A stretch of DNA of 64,000 nucleotides from Haplodiscus bocki (lineage: Eukaryota), in NCBI GenBank assembly GCA_965655095.1, contig OZ296649.1, positions 45,012,001-45,076,000 of the forward strand. Reading direction: 5' to 3'. Below, piece after piece: positions 24,901 through 37,089 of the stretch. A program made the translations under genes and the position numbers. Below the pieces are notes generated by a model. The model saw only the letters and a program-made list of their open reading frames with translations, was not told the DNA's origin and ran no database searches. The stretch's first letter is position 1. Each line of letters opens with the position of its first letter.

Positions 24901-27900
24901 CTGCTTTTTAGAAATTTAACAGAAGACGCTTTTAGGTATAAATCAATGCTAGAACAACGTAATGAGCTATCGTTCCAGTTTGTGGTATAGTTAAATCTTT
25001 ATCAAGCGAGGTTCGGGTAAACTCATTTCGTAAAAATCAAACTATCTAAATCAAGCCTCTGACATCGACAATTTTTTTTCGCTAATCGGTCATTTCAAAA
25101 TCGCTAAAAAAATTTCGGTTCGTTATGGAATTTTCTTAGCTATGCGAGACTAATAGATTTCGAGTTTTTAACAGCATTTTATTAGCATATCTAACATACA
25201 GAGGCGAAGCTGTGTTTTAAAACACTTGCGCCAACGGAATACTAGTGAACAAATCGACTAAATATCATTTATTTTTGAAGGGGCCACGATACTACGAATA
25301 CTACTGATACTCCAGAAACTCAGTTAATTCTTGTACATTAATATACAAGTAAGAAACGTTATAATATTTCATTCGCCAGTTTAAATAAAAACACTCATCA
25401 TCCAGCCACTCGCTCCTCTTTGGTCACAATCTAGGAACTTGTGTCTGTCAGGTGTGAACGGATCGGAAAAATTTGAAGACTGTGTCAAACACTTGCTTGC
25501 GGAGGTGTAATTAATTATTATGTTAACATATCTTAGAGCAAATAAAACTTTTGACCTCAATCGTTCTATATGAGACAACGTATTTTTCAGTTGACGCTTT
25601 TACTTTAGTAAAAAAAAGCCGACTCTTGTAGTCACTTTGTTTTCCTATTTTTTTGAGATCACAATGAATTGTTTACTTTTTCATTGGCATATTAATTTAA
25701 AGCATGCAAGTACACCAATAACAAGCATAGGCAAGTACTCACAAACACCAAAAGGTGCCTTCTACGATTTTTTTTCGTCCACTATTCGTGATACCCGTCC
25801 TCTCCTTATGTATAAATTTTTTCCATACCAGAAACTTTCTGAAACACCATAAATGCCCCCTCACGAATTTTTTCTGTGACACGAAAAGTTTTCGACATCT
25901 TTTTCGTGATACCTCCTCCCCCCCCCCCACTCTATGCTCTAAGGTTCACCGAAATGTTCACGCCTGACAAATATTCAACACCACAAATTTTCAAAAACAC
26001 CCAAACTTTTCAGAGTACAAAATTCGTTCGAAAATTGTGATTTCTCACCCCCTTATGTAAAGATTTTCGATACCAGAAACTTTCAGAAACATCAAAGGGT
26101 GCCCCCTGCGAAATTTTTCGGTACTATAAGACAAAAAAAATCGAACTTCTTCATACTCCCTTCTATGGTTAACTTTAATTTTCGCGCCCGATTGATGCGC
26201 AGCGCCGACTTTCAGCTTGTTAATTTTAAAGATAATTTTTGGTGAAACTCGATCTGTTGACGTAGTTGCCAAAAACAGATTGATTTTGATCACACGACTG
26301 ACTGCCGCTGATTAAATCGCTGAATCATTCGTAGCCGGTCGCTGTTTCGCTGAAAACTCTGGTTTAGTTGAGGAATAATTCAGTTGCTTGAAATGATTTA
26401 GCAGCGCAGGCTTCAGCTTGAATAAATTATGTATCAAACTTCCATCATATCCCTCGATAACCTGCTCCCGATATACCAACTGCAACGACTAACGAGGTCC
26501 GGTCAAGTTTATAAAGATCGAGGTCTAAGATGTTTTTCAGATTTGCCTGGAATATTGGGAACGAATGTAAAATTAATTTTCTGCGGAACGACCTGATTAA
26601 AATTAAACTTTGCTCATTACATTTGGCGTCAATCGTGCCATCAATGACGGGAGACACGAGGAAGCTTGATTTGTGAATAGGTGAACTTTATGAGAAGGAG
26701 GAAGACAACGACGTAAATATCAAAGGGATGTTTTCCTGGGACATCTTTTAATGGGCACTTATACAAACTGACTAGCTTTTGAGACTATCCCGGCTTGATG
26801 AGAAGGAATATTAATATATATCCAAAAATTTACGTGAACAAGTTCTCAATAGTGAACATCTGTTTTTATCGCTCACTTGTGCCTTTTTGTACACGTAAAT
26901 TAAGGGAGAAACAGCAAAACAACGACGGTATTGGTGCAAATAAGAAGGGAACGGAATAAAAATGGTTCGTCATCATCCCATCCTGCTTTTGGCTTATGTT
27001 TATGGTTGACACTTTGCTGACTGTTTTTTGGCAGTCAAGCGTCAAACGGCGTGCTTTTCCCCATTCAAATGCATACATACAAATTTCATGAGCACTGCTC
27101 ACCAAACAAATGAATCTATTCTATATCCTTCCAAAAGGTGGACATCCAGACGGTCAAGTTTTCCTGGATACACGTCTGATCAACTGCCTTTGGACATGCC
27201 CGTCTATGTGCGACTCTTGCTGGCTACTCTTCATTTATAGCCCCTAGGTTACACCTCTTGCATTTGTGGATAGAACACTCTTGTTAAATTATCAAACTGA
27301 AATATTTGTCATTTCAGGGCGGTTATTTTCCCAGTCACGTTCGCGAGGGGCTGTCTCCATCATTATAATCACAAACAAGTGACTAGGGATGTTCTTAGCT
27401 ATTGGCATCGAAAGGTTGCAGCTAACCGCATGGTTATTTTAGAAAAATGGTTATTGGTCATTTTGTTGCGACAGATAGTCAAACGTTATTATGAAGTAAC
27501 ACAACCCAAGGGGTAATGATTGAGGGAAATTTAGTAGAAACACAACGCCTGGCTTCCACCGGCATATTATTTTCCGCCTTCAGAAAACCTAACATTTCCG
27601 TCGAAAAAGGCCAATCGCAGCAAATTACATTCTACTGCATTTTTTTTCCTATTTTTAAATTTTCACACCTTTTCAAAAAAATAGGCGTTTTTAGGAAATA
27701 TTTCTATTTCAATCACATTCTTCATCAAGTTTACAATAATTTGGTGATGAAAAAAAATGAAGTCAAAAACTGCATGATTTCGACAGAATCGTGTAATTGG
27801 CAAGCATACGTAACAAAAAACACACGCATCGATTGAATGATTTCCCCCAAATTAAAATATGGCGGAAAACAAAAATGCAGACATCAAGTTTTCAAGGTAA

Positions 27901-30900
27901 ATAATACACTACATGGATTTGCGCTCCGTCTGGGATGTGTTTTATCCGGATTGAAAAAACTATCAGAACTGTGCAGTTGAATTGATTGACTTCTATTTAA
28001 AAAGCTTGAGAATCGAAAGCACAAGTAGATAATTTCAGATGAAATAAGTGCGATATAATACCATACAACAAATCTCTCCATGGAAAATGCAACATGAAAA
28101 AAGTCAAAAAATCCCATTGAAAACCAAGCTTTCAGTTCGAGATTTTCAATAAAATTCAATCAGTAATCTTGCATCTATACGTGATAATAAAATGAGTTTT
28201 GAAGTGAAGTCTCGAAGACTTCATCCTAAATTTTATAAGTTACTACTTCACCTAAAATTTTTGTAACCGTGGGAACGGATCAAAATAAAGTCTACTTAAT
28301 ACATGCACTAGTACTGCATACGATATTATTACTTGACTATGTTGAGAAAAAAAAGACAAAAACATGTTTCGTACATATTGTTAGCAGCATTTACTTCTCG
28401 CAAGCTTGCAATATTTAGCTGTTGCATGGATTTCACATGTATAAGTCGTACTGTAGTTAGTAATGGTAGGTAGATGTGGTAAAAATACTCACGGTAGAGT
28501 TAGCACAAGAGGAAAACAGTTTGCTTTTCCTGAGTTGAGAGTAGTCGACATCGTGGATGCCGTGTTGATTTGTGAGATGTCTTTTCAATTGGCGCTGGTC
28601 ACAGTAGCTCTTGCCACAGTCCGGCTCATTGCACACAAACGGCTTCGTCGCACTATGCGTCAACTTATGACCATTGCTGAAAAGCAACAAAAAATGATAC
28701 TAATACCCAATAAACTGGCCATTTATGATCAATGGATCAGTTCAATTCTAATTGTTAGGACCACCGTCTCGCCAGAACACTGATCCACGTTTCCTGAAGG
28801 TCTAGCAAATACGGACAGTTGTGTAATATTATTTATTTTGCAAGCTGATCAACTCCACAAAAGTTTGCTGCATTATGCAGCCCAATGGTTACCGCGGTTA
28901 TCAAAAAGAACAAAAAGATAGATGTCCATAAAAGAAGCATGTTCATTTTGGTGACGTTTAGTGAACTCAAGATTTAACTTCATTCATGGTGATTCGTTTG
29001 CTCTCCTTTGAGTTTTCGAATTAAATTCAACTATGTCAGAGCTTACGTGGCTAAGATTAGCTCACACGCCTTCAATAATCCATCATGATGATTGTAATCT
29101 CTGAAACTATTCCATGAAATAAACCAGGTGCACGAGACAGATCAATAGAAGAAACAGAAATCAATCTTGCTGCTAACAAAAAGGTCGTTTCGATTTTTTC
29201 AGAAATCGTTTGTTCATCTAAATACGCCTCTCTCTCCTTTAAAGTCAGTTGTATCTGTCGATATAGTCCGCCCCATTAACACAGTGAAAGCGGCTATCGA
29301 TTCATTTTCAATTGCATATTTCAAGAAGTCGCCTGATGAAAGAAGACTGTTGTCGCTTATTTTGTCTCGGAGTCAAGCATTGCAAAAGAATGTCTAGAAT
29401 ATTCACTTTAGCTGATGAAATTCAAACAACACAATCGAAAGTGAAACTGCTATCGCCTCCTGTGAATAATCAATACCAAAAAAATTATGACAACACAAAA
29501 AAGAGCTACTTCAAATTAATGATGAGTCATAGATGAGAGCATGTAAATTGAAGTACCGACGTTAATTTCAAAAAAAGATGCATTTAAAGGAAGTATAACG
29601 CTTCAAATTGTTCCATAAAAGTCTGCTCGACGAAATTAGCAAATTCCTAATTTCCGCCACCAAAATTGTCACCTTGAACTCGTTTAAGCAGGGACCCAAG
29701 AAGGGATTATATTTAAATTTTCTTCCATTGCATGTTTAAAAAAGTTTCATGAAGAATAATGTGTACTAACAGGTGGTCTTGACGTTTGAATCGTTTGTGA
29801 CAAAGATTGCAAGAGTAGCGTCTCTCGTCGCTGTGGGTTAGTTTATGTTTAGCTAGGGCACTTGAGGATGTGAACACTTTACAACATTCGCTGCACATTT
29901 GGGGGTTCTTGCCAGTAACCACAGGGCCATTAGCAGCAGCACCATTTGCAGACATAACCCCCGCAGCGCCCAACCCATTCATACTGCCGGGACTGGGTGC
30001 ACCCGCCGAAGCCAGCACCCCAAAGCCATTCATTGCGGATGACGCTGGTGATGTGAGGGTTAAAGACCCAAAGGCGCCACCTGGAGAATGCAGACAGACC
30101 AAATTTAACCAGGCTGACAACTCCGAATACATTCTAACAAGTCAATCTCACAAATAATTAATTTTGAGCGCCAAATTTTGAATTTTGGACCCCAAACCAA
30201 GTTAAACCAAAACTAATACAGCAAAGATATATGGGTTAAGATACGAAACCGGGGCGAGGTCGGCTGCGGCAGCCGGGGACAATAATTGACTTCCAAAATT
30301 TTGATTCAAACTCCGCAAAATTTACAACTTTGCGGTAGAATTGAATTGAATCTAATCAAGTAGTGTTGTTATAAACTGATGTTTGGTACATCAGATTGTG
30401 TTTGTTGCGTTGACTATCTGTCAACGGCGACGACAAATTAAATTGGTAGAACCTGAACAAAGGCGGATCATCTTGTAGCGTTTCATCGTGTTTACAGATT
30501 AGATGAGATCCGTACACATCTCGGGTGCGGTCGTTTACTTGCATTGAAGGATATGTCTAGAGATTACAACGTCTAGAAATAGGGTTCGTAGTGTTATCTA
30601 ATTCTAATTCAAATTAGGAAATGTAACAATTTGAGGTCACCGGCTCGACAGTAGAAAAACAATTTTGGATAAACATTTGGGTCTTTTGTAATAAAGCAGG
30701 CCCACAAAAATTCACAGAACTAAAAACCATATTAGTTGGGAGAAAGTATTTATAATGTTCTTCCAAATGAACGCTAGTTATCCTCGCATAATTTTTCGGT
30801 TGAACTTTCAACAAGTAAATGCCATTCATGCTTACAAGTAGTACCAAAAACGTTGATTAACTCATCGTATTAACAAACAATTGCTGATTATTGTTTGATT

Positions 30901-33004
30901 TTGTCCTTAGCCTTGGCACCCTGAACTATGAAACAAGAATTCATTCATTGAGAAACCAACTTTTTCACAATGAAGCCAAAGTATTCCTCGAAAAAGTCAA
31001 TCATTTCCATAACCTACTAACACAAAAATCTAACACTTTTATGGAAAGAGATAAACCGTTATATGTCGAGAACTACTTTCAATATTCCTCTAAAATTTTC
31101 AAAATTTGCAGGAAATCGCATCGCCAGACATAGCCCTAGCTTTGGAAGTAAAAAACACCTATTTTGTAGAGATTAGCTAACGTCTTCTTTGAGTGAAATG
31201 GATTTGAAGTAAGAAGTACTAACCAGAGTAGAAATTATAAGGATTACCAATCATACTGGGAATTAATCCAGGCAACATTGTGAATTGTAACTGCGTCAAT
31301 AAAACAAAAAATCATTGACGTGCATTGTTCTATTTTATAGAATTTGTTCTATTTTTGATGTTTGTCACTCCTCCGGTGCAACGTTGGCCAGCCGACCAGC
31401 ACCGACCATGAAAACAAATGCTTACATGTTATACATTTGGCCATGAAATCTCAAATGGTCAATTTTTTATTCGATGCATTTGTTTTTATACTTTCAACAT
31501 GAATTCTGGATATCCTCTTTAAAAATAGAGAAAGCGCTCTTTTAAAATGGACAGTAACAATGTTGATTTACTACTTCTTTCTTGAATTTTCCGTTAAAAA
31601 ATTTTGAAAAGTTCACCGGCCGGAATTGTGAAACATCAATGATTTTGTTTTACAAGGACAAAAGTTGAATTAGCAGGATGCAATAAAAACTAGAGACGAA
31701 GAAAAGGGAATAGCCAAATATGATTTGAAATTTGGATAATAGTCAGGTAAATTTGAATTGAATTGAATAATTTTGATTATTTGTACAAATGTTCTGGCGG
31801 GCGGCGGCGCGTGCAACACGACTGAAAATATTTCGCAGAGGATATTTTTCAATTGTAAACAACTTGAAGTATGGCTAAAGCAAAATTGATCTGACAACAA
31901 AAAGATGTGAATAATTAATTTGAACAGTAAGCTGCAACTTTTTGATTACAATACTGCATAAAGACTTGAATAGAGATTCTAACTTCAGAACGACGACCAA
32001 GGCATTCTTAGTGCAGGCAAATCGCGAATCATGACCGACGACGCAGAAAAGAATGAAGGAGTAAGGGGGATAAAAGAAGCAAGAGAAGAAACTGAGTATT
32101 CCTACTCTAGTCTTGTAATCTACTCACTGAAGCCATTAGGAGTCACATTGACATTTGAGCAGCCAGAACTAGAAGATGCACCTGTGTTGTCACCGGCGCC
32201 ACATATGACAGCAGCTGCTGTGGTGGTTGATGATGAGCAGTTTGAGCCACTATCTTCACCTGGTCCCGGTGGGCTTCCACAAGCACTTCCACTGCTACTA
32301 CTGCCGCAGCTGCTGCTATTGATATGCTCATCAATTGCGACTATATTAACACTGTTTCCCCATCCCACGTCTCCTCCTGCACCTGACGAGGTGCCCCCTG
32401 TAATACCACTAGTACTGATTCCAATACCACCGGCAACAACACAACTACTGTTCCAGCTGCGGTTCTGGTTGTTTTCAATCTCGCCGCACAAATTGTTGCC
32501 GTTACTAGTGGCCAGTAGCGCAGCGGTAGTGGCAGCAGGGGCGTTTGAAGAGCCCCTCTGGTCCTGCTTGAGACCTCTATCCAACGAAGTGATACTCCTC
32601 AACTCTACTGTACCAACAGTACTTCTTTGGCTATTAGCAACAACCAATGCAGCCACAGAACTTCCCCTGTTGTTGTTATCTGTTGGTACTACTCGGACTA
32701 GGTTGCTACACTTAAGCTGAGGCGGCGGCTGAGAATGTCTAATGGTCGCCTTTTGCTTCACAGACACTTGCAACACAGATCTCGGCGGCGGTTCTGCAGA
32801 ACATAGGGCAGGGGCTCTTCGGGGGATAACAGCCGATGGTATACAGGGGGAATGACGTGCTGGGGGTGGGAGCAGGGGTAGGTGCAGGGATGATGGAGAC
32901 AAAGAAGCTGCCGTCGCCGCCGGTGATTGCGAAGCGTTGATTGTGATTGTAGGAGTTTGTGGTAGTTGCTGCGGTGTGGATACAAAGGGCTCTTGTAATA
33001 TCAT
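1..33004 (-). CDS. ZNF541/TRERF1-family C2H2 zinc-finger transcriptional regulator, 3'-partial; join(33004-32128, 30080-29771, 28676-28493, 26546-26494, 9992-9736, 938-<1)
   Basis: The spliced fingers CSECCKVFTSSSALAKHKLTHSDERRYSCNLCHKRFKRQDHL|NGHKLTHSATKPFVCNEPDCGKSYCDQRQLKRH resemble the ZNF541 N-terminal triple finger. CPVCNKTFPTLPALNGHMRLHGG resembles the TRERF1 central finger. All five introns are GT-AG and phases chain correctly (1,2,0,2,1). The expected ELM2/SANT part would lie beyond the left edge. Confidence 0.85.
1795..1950 (+). repeat. Dispersed repeat family B (ttgcgccaacgga.tactagtgaaca.atcgaacaagtataac)
   Basis: Clearly homologous copies at 16130-16290 and 25199-25350. Confidence 0.7.
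3741..3835 (-). mobile_element. Degenerate tRNA-derived SINE-like head
   Basis: A-box-like TGGGCTAGTGG and B-box-like GTTTCGATGCC on the minus strand; no intact cloverleaf. Confidence 0.4.
5124..5150 (-). mobile_element. Helitron-like 3' terminus (hairpin plus CTTGTT)
   Basis: aacaagagg followed by the hairpin cgcagt-cgc-actgcg, the same layout as the 10124/27539/37577 termini. Confidence 0.4.
7540..8560 (+). repeat. ~175-bp degenerate satellite array
   Basis: Motif GATGGAAGAAGT-N~12-GAGAAA at 7574, 7750, 7925, ~8057, 8232 and 8403. Sister arrays at 5488/5665, 21043/21227/21393 and ~49020-49590. Confidence 0.7.
9736..9992 (-). CDS. Exon encoding the central C2H2 finger (LPALNGHMRLHGG)
   Basis: Acceptor ttttttag|T (phase 2) and donor CAAG|gtaaat (phase 1); 257 nt within ORF 9599..10087. 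Confidence 0.88.
10124..10620 (-). mobile_element. Non-autonomous Helitron/Helentron-like element, family A copy
   Basis: Terminus aacaagacacccggcta... and internal blocks (cattctac.gcaaat, ttggtgatgaaaaa) shared with 27539-27880 and with the reverse complement of 37090-37577. Confidence 0.5.
11600..12090 (+). repeat. Degenerate ~170-bp tandem repeat (tgaatcag...atggacccaatcc / ttaccatccg)
   Basis: Recurrent blocks near 11715, 11881 and 12051. Confidence 0.4.
13581..13696 (-). CDS. Candidate coding part of an alternative first exon of the zinc-finger gene (MSRVIRNNRTERGASVVVVVGGIQPLPSHIMACCFVVIL)
   Basis: ATG at 13696 with an upstream in-frame stop; 116 nt open to CT|gtaaaa (phase 2), matching the phase-2 acceptor at 9992. 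It lies in a unique, UTR-like island with promoter-like microsatellites upstream. The donor is weak. Confidence 0.35.
14035..15072 (-). mobile_element. Internally deleted hAT DNA transposon with a CGGBP1-like N-terminal finger
   Basis: TIRs CAGACACCCAGAAT / ATTCCGGGTGTCTG; 8-bp TSD tacagaag (14027-34) / cacagaag (15073-80); subterminal attctgc repeats at both ends. It retains the N-terminal Zn finger (RVKEYPTIFYEDDGLLFCKFC...IKDHLQSKSH, 14477-14701) and the C-terminal dimerisation domain (FW...IPASAAGAERNFS...KRTNLSEE, 14189-14398), but the catalytic core is missing. Confidence 0.88.
15466..15603. repeat. (GT)n and (GA)n microsatellites and a C-run in a promoter-like island
   Basis: Directly visible. 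Confidence 0.8.
15674..15724. repeat. 23-bp tandem duplication (tatcagaggcatccaaYtaagag x2.2)
   Basis: Directly visible, one mismatch. Confidence 0.9.
15865..16125. repeat. Degenerate (AAT)n low-complexity tract
   Basis: Almost pure A/T with AAT periodicity. Confidence 0.85.
20215..20345 (-). mobile_element. Degenerate tRNA-like/SINE-like element
   Basis: B-box GGTTCGAATCT followed by a T-run. The upstream block (aaaa.gcgcg..acc..taa.a..tgcc.ttt.cca..ttaa) is shared with 3885-3930. Confidence 0.4.
22010..24005 (+). mobile_element. Decayed piggyBac transposon
   Basis: Transposase fragments LSSDEQVISHKG..LRQYLPMKPQKWGYEVFAL, YKKHMGYVDQ, YYRRIFNHF..VNCWGLY and a C-terminal Cys-rich tail (C..STIFC....HLCL....NCF), with many stops and frameshifts. 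Right end ...GAGG|TTAA at 24002-24005. The left end is approximate. Confidence 0.8.
24100..24538 (+). mobile_element. Non-autonomous Helitron-like element 3' portion
   Basis: Hairpin acgag-cgacgccga-ctcgt (24511-29) followed by CTAG|T, a canonical Helitron 3' end. It contains the cgtgatacccc repeat unit also seen at 25780-26170. Confidence 0.5.
25730..26190 (+). repeat. Degenerate tandem repeat (~120-130 bp unit; cgtgatac...ccttatg...ataccagaaacttt)
   Basis: Unit starts near 25787, 25905 and 26037; related segments at ~24310 and ~46080-46170. Confidence 0.55.
26494..26546 (-). CDS. 53-nt linker exon (ANLKNILDLDLYKLDRTS)
   Basis: Acceptor ttccag|GCA (phase 0) and donor TC|gttagt (phase 2). 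It supplies exactly the phase change needed between the exons ending at 28493 and starting at 9992. Confidence 0.65.
27539..27880 (-). mobile_element. Non-autonomous Helitron/Helentron-like element, family A copy
   Basis: Terminus gcctggcttccaccggcatatt; internal similarity to the 10124 copy. Confidence 0.5.
28493..28676 (-). CDS. Exon encoding the end of finger 2 and finger 3
   Basis: Acceptor ttttcag|C and donor ACC|gtgagt; NGHKLTHSATKPFVCNEPDCGKSYCDQRQLKRHLTNQHG. Confidence 0.88.
29771..30080 (-). CDS. Exon encoding finger 1 and most of finger 2
   Basis: Acceptor ctccag|GT and donor CT|gttagt; CSECCKVFTSSSALAKHKLTHSDERRYSCNLCHKRFKRQDHL. Confidence 0.9.
32128..33004 (-). CDS. First coding exon, low-complexity Ser/Gly/Pro-rich N-terminus
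   Basis: Part of the 294-aa ORF; the donor TTCA|gtgagt (phase 1) just before its stop matches the next acceptor. The acceptor at 33079/33078 suggests upstream non-coding exon(s), with candidate gtgagt donors near 33670 and 33785. Confidence 0.75.
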
Positions 33005-35629
33005 TTCGCACTTCCATTGAAAGTTGCGTCGCTAAACTTTTTTCTTGAGGGCCATTGTCTTCCACATAAGTTTGCAAACTGGAGCGAAAGTGCCTAAAAT
33101 GCACGTTTGAAGATGAAACAGGAATAAAAGAAATATGCATTGCAAAGCCGATCATAGAAACATCTTGCATAACTATATTTATGAAGCTCCTAATCAAAAT
33201 TGGACAAAAGAATGAGAAGTGTGATGCCTGGTTTTTGCTCCGGTTCTCAGACCCTTTAAGTTGCAATGAGCCATGAACATTTTGAAAATGGCTGGGAACA
33301 ATAACAAACAAGACAGAATATTCAATGATTGGTCAAACATAAAAAATTGAGGGACATAAACCTCAATGCCTTATAGCATCGACGGCGCCCTAACTCGTGT
33401 TTATACTCCTAATTGGCGCGAGTCAACTCATCCTGTCTGGCGGTCTTTAAACATACCAAAAATTATTAGGCAAAAATAACTACCAGCAACACGCTTCGTT
33501 TCACTTGTTAATCAACAGAGAAAAGAAACTGAAGAGCTAGAAAACACCGAACAAGATGCTATCTCTTTCTAATATATTATTATCGAGGTAGCACTGCGTG
33601 GGGTAGGAACACCAACTTATGTAATCAAGAACAATAAACCCAATCACTATTCCGTCCACTAGGATTACTCACACCAAGTACAGAAGCTAAATGCCAGTCT
33701 CAACCATTTTTTTCCAATTGGAATCATCGAACGCCCAATTAAATCCATCGTTACGAGGGCCCGTAGTAATGCTAAAAATGACTCACAAAATTTAAGTAAG
33801 TAAAAAATAAATAATATCCCCTCTATATTGACAAATAACCATTTCCTTCCCTATCGAACCGCTCAATTTTCAAATTTTCAATCCGAGGATAATTAGAGAA
33901 AAACCCACGAAACGGACAATTTAATTAAAAGATGAATGTATCGTCCTCTGTCCAGCAAATTGATTCGCTAATTACTTCCGGAGAGGCTCTAAAATATTTA
34001 AGCAAAAAAACGGCACGAATCATGCAAAAACTTACTTTTCTCGAGGTTATTTTTCTAATGATCACATTGCGTCCACCTGAAAACCTCATCCGCAACTTTG
34101 ACAGAAAAAGACGATGAAGTTTGAAGGCCGCCGCTTCGTGTCTAAACCTTCAATGATTGCCTTTGGATTAATCATTCTGTCGAATGTCAACAATCTCACA
34201 CTAAAGAATAGGGAAGGCTTTCAGAAGAGAGATATTTGTTGAAGATTTTTTCTACACTACATGGTAAATAAGGCCCCTGGTGGGGCTTTAACATAGATGC
34301 AACTTTCTGCATGATGAAACCAATACGACCCAAAAATTGCAAACATCAAACTGTGTTTTCTTAAGACCGGCGGCATGCCTTTGATCCTTTCTTAAAACGA
34401 ATTGTTCAAAACAAAACTCATATTTCAAAATCCACTAACAGGGCCTCCCCTTTGAATACTTTTCCTAATAGCAAAAATTTTAACAATGATCCGATCGCTT
34501 TTTTGTCATTTCTAAAAAACCAAACGGGGAATGCTGCCTTGATTGAATCTTGAGATAGAAGGCCTTCTGTTGAACTGCGAATGGAAGAAACTCAAAAAAG
34601 AAATTCAGAAGAAAACAACTATCTGGTATTTTTTTTCGCGACTTTGAATTAACTTTTTAAAAAATAAATCACCAACGCTTTGACTGCCACATCTAAACCA
34701 GTCTAAGAACAGCCGGCTTTGGATGAAACCCTAATTGAAATAATTTGATAGAATGATAGAAACCATTTCTCAAAACTGCTCATAAGCGGAAAAAATACGA
34801 AATAGCCCGACCTTAATTCAATCTATATATGTTCAGTGCTTAAAATAACCTTGGCTGAAAACGAGAAAAACGAAATTTTGTAGACATAAGAACTACAGTA
34901 GCAAAACAAAATTGAAACCGAAGAGCTCAATGTAGTATTTTTCAAAATACCATCAAAAACCCAATTGAGCAGAATATTGCGGAGCATGCTTTTTATTTGG
35001 CGCTATCAACAAAAAAGTTCCCGACACTAGGAGCTACTTTTTTGTTTTGTTTTTTTTTTATCCAGAAGACAGACTCACACTGAAAGGTCCACTTTTTTGA
35101 ATACGTAATCGAGCAAAACCTATCTGAGCCCATTCCGAACTACGAGTAGCGACACCCTTGAAAGCAAAAAAAAGCTACGGAAAGATTTCATCGTTATTTG
35201 TCAAAAAGTTTTTCATTGCTTAAACAAAACTAGATTGTCGCTTTCTCAGATTTTTCCGCTTATGCATGTTTGACGTCTTATGGCGAGCGGAGCGAACTCA
35301 TTGTCGGCCGTCAATAAGTCGAAAAGGATGACGTTTTTTCCCTGTCCAAAAAACTGACATTCAAACGAACGTAACTCGGCACCTATTGGACGGATTTCTC
35401 TGATTTTTGGAAGAAAAAATACGAAGGGTTAACAAATCTATTTTCTCAAAATGTCGACTGTCGAATTTCCTTTCTTCGAGTTATTAACGTCTTATGTTGA
35501 AATTTCAGGTTTACCAAATGAAGTAATTTTGATAAAATGATTGCTCATGCGCCATTATGCAGAACTTCAACACTGTACCTATCTATAATTTCATTACCAT
35601 TTTCTTGGGATTCGAGCTCTACTTTGACA

Positions 35630-36350
35630 CAGAAGCAAAGCGGAAACTCGCAACACAGCCCAACTTGTCAGTTGAGATCAAAGATGCTGACAGACATTTG
35701 AAACCATGATCGGAGATGTGATTGACATTTTCAGAAACATAACAGCATCTGTCAATCAAGAGATTGCTCGAAAGTCAAAGAGACATGTATAATTCAAAGG
35801 TTATCATACCTGAAAAGTTGATATGTCAATCATGTTGTTTCAGGTGACACCATTTTGTTGCTCAATGTTTACCAAGTTTAACAGTCAAGTTAACAACGCG
35901 GAATAGATAATGTGGCTGCCACAATATCTCACATTCAAAAAATTAATATGTCAAGAACGTCTTTTCACGCTAAAGGATTTTGCTACCAAAGTCGAATAGG
36001 TTTGTTCAGTGAACACCGCACATTACAATAAACAAGTACCTGCCGAAAAGAGAACATTTTTGACCATTTACACTAGATGACTAGACTCTCCGATGACGTC
36101 AGAAAATGTAGGTTTTGAACAATAAAAAAATGTGCATGAGCCGTTTTCAATGCACATTCCTCCTTTCGGTAAGAATATGTACAAAGTTTCAACGAAGGAA
36201 AAAATTTTCGCCAAATCTCTATTGTAAAAATTCACTTGGCATGTACATTTGTTTTTGTGTAACTCAGAACCCATTGGTCGAAATATTCTAGCTTTTTGAA
36301 AAACTGCATGGCTACAACGTAATTGATCATAGAGCAATTTTTCGTCCAAA
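35630..36350 (+). repeat. Dispersed repeat family C
   Basis: cagaagc.aagcggaa...acttgtcagttgagatcaaagat also occurs at 46288-46620; gcatgagccgttt.caat.cac.att also occurs at ~18325. Confidence 0.65.
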
Positions 36351-37089
36351 AATTATTTCGCCAGAAAGTATTTAGCGAGAAAACTGAAAACGCCATAAAT
36401 TCAGGGCGAATCGTTTATTTTGAATGGTTTCGCTACCATATACTTACAGTGGGTGTGTGTATTAGTGAAATCGATGCGAGGGAAAACACTGTGGCTTGAT
36501 GTCCCATTAAATTGTCATTTTCTTTTGAGCGGAGTTTCAACAGCAAATTGCGCCGAAACTGCCAAAAAACTATGTTTTTCGTCAGCTTATTAATCTGCAG
36601 ACGGCTTGATTCCCAATACTAACACATTGAATGAGCCACCGAAGACCAGCTCACGATGTTGTGGGTCAAAGAGTTGTGGCGAACATAATTTTTGGCTCAG
36701 AAAACGATTTTCAATAAATTCGAAAAACGATTTTCAATAAATTCGAGTATTTGCTAAACTCTGCTCGGTTTTATGGATATGCTTTGAATTGATGGAAAGA
36801 GGAAGCAATGTTTGCAATATTACCTTTTGATACGAGTTTCGACTACGACCGAAGTTTTCTTTGCCGAAAATAAAGCTTTCCTGAAGACTTTCCGATTTTC
36901 CTAGATTCATGCCCGCATTGAGAAGCAATAAAACCTTCGAGGCATTTTCGAATCCAGTGCGAGCCCAAGAGAGTCGGTGGAAGACTTTTCATGGTACGTG
37001 GGGTCCTGAGGTCTTTTGACTAAGTTATTACTTTGCGCCATATTCTTTAGAATAGGAAAGCAAAATCTTCCTCTCCAATAGGTGCTTTT

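Noticed and set aside
32031-32720. 229-aa plus-strand ORF
   Set aside because: Antisense shadow of the low-complexity first exon of the zinc-finger gene; no motifs.
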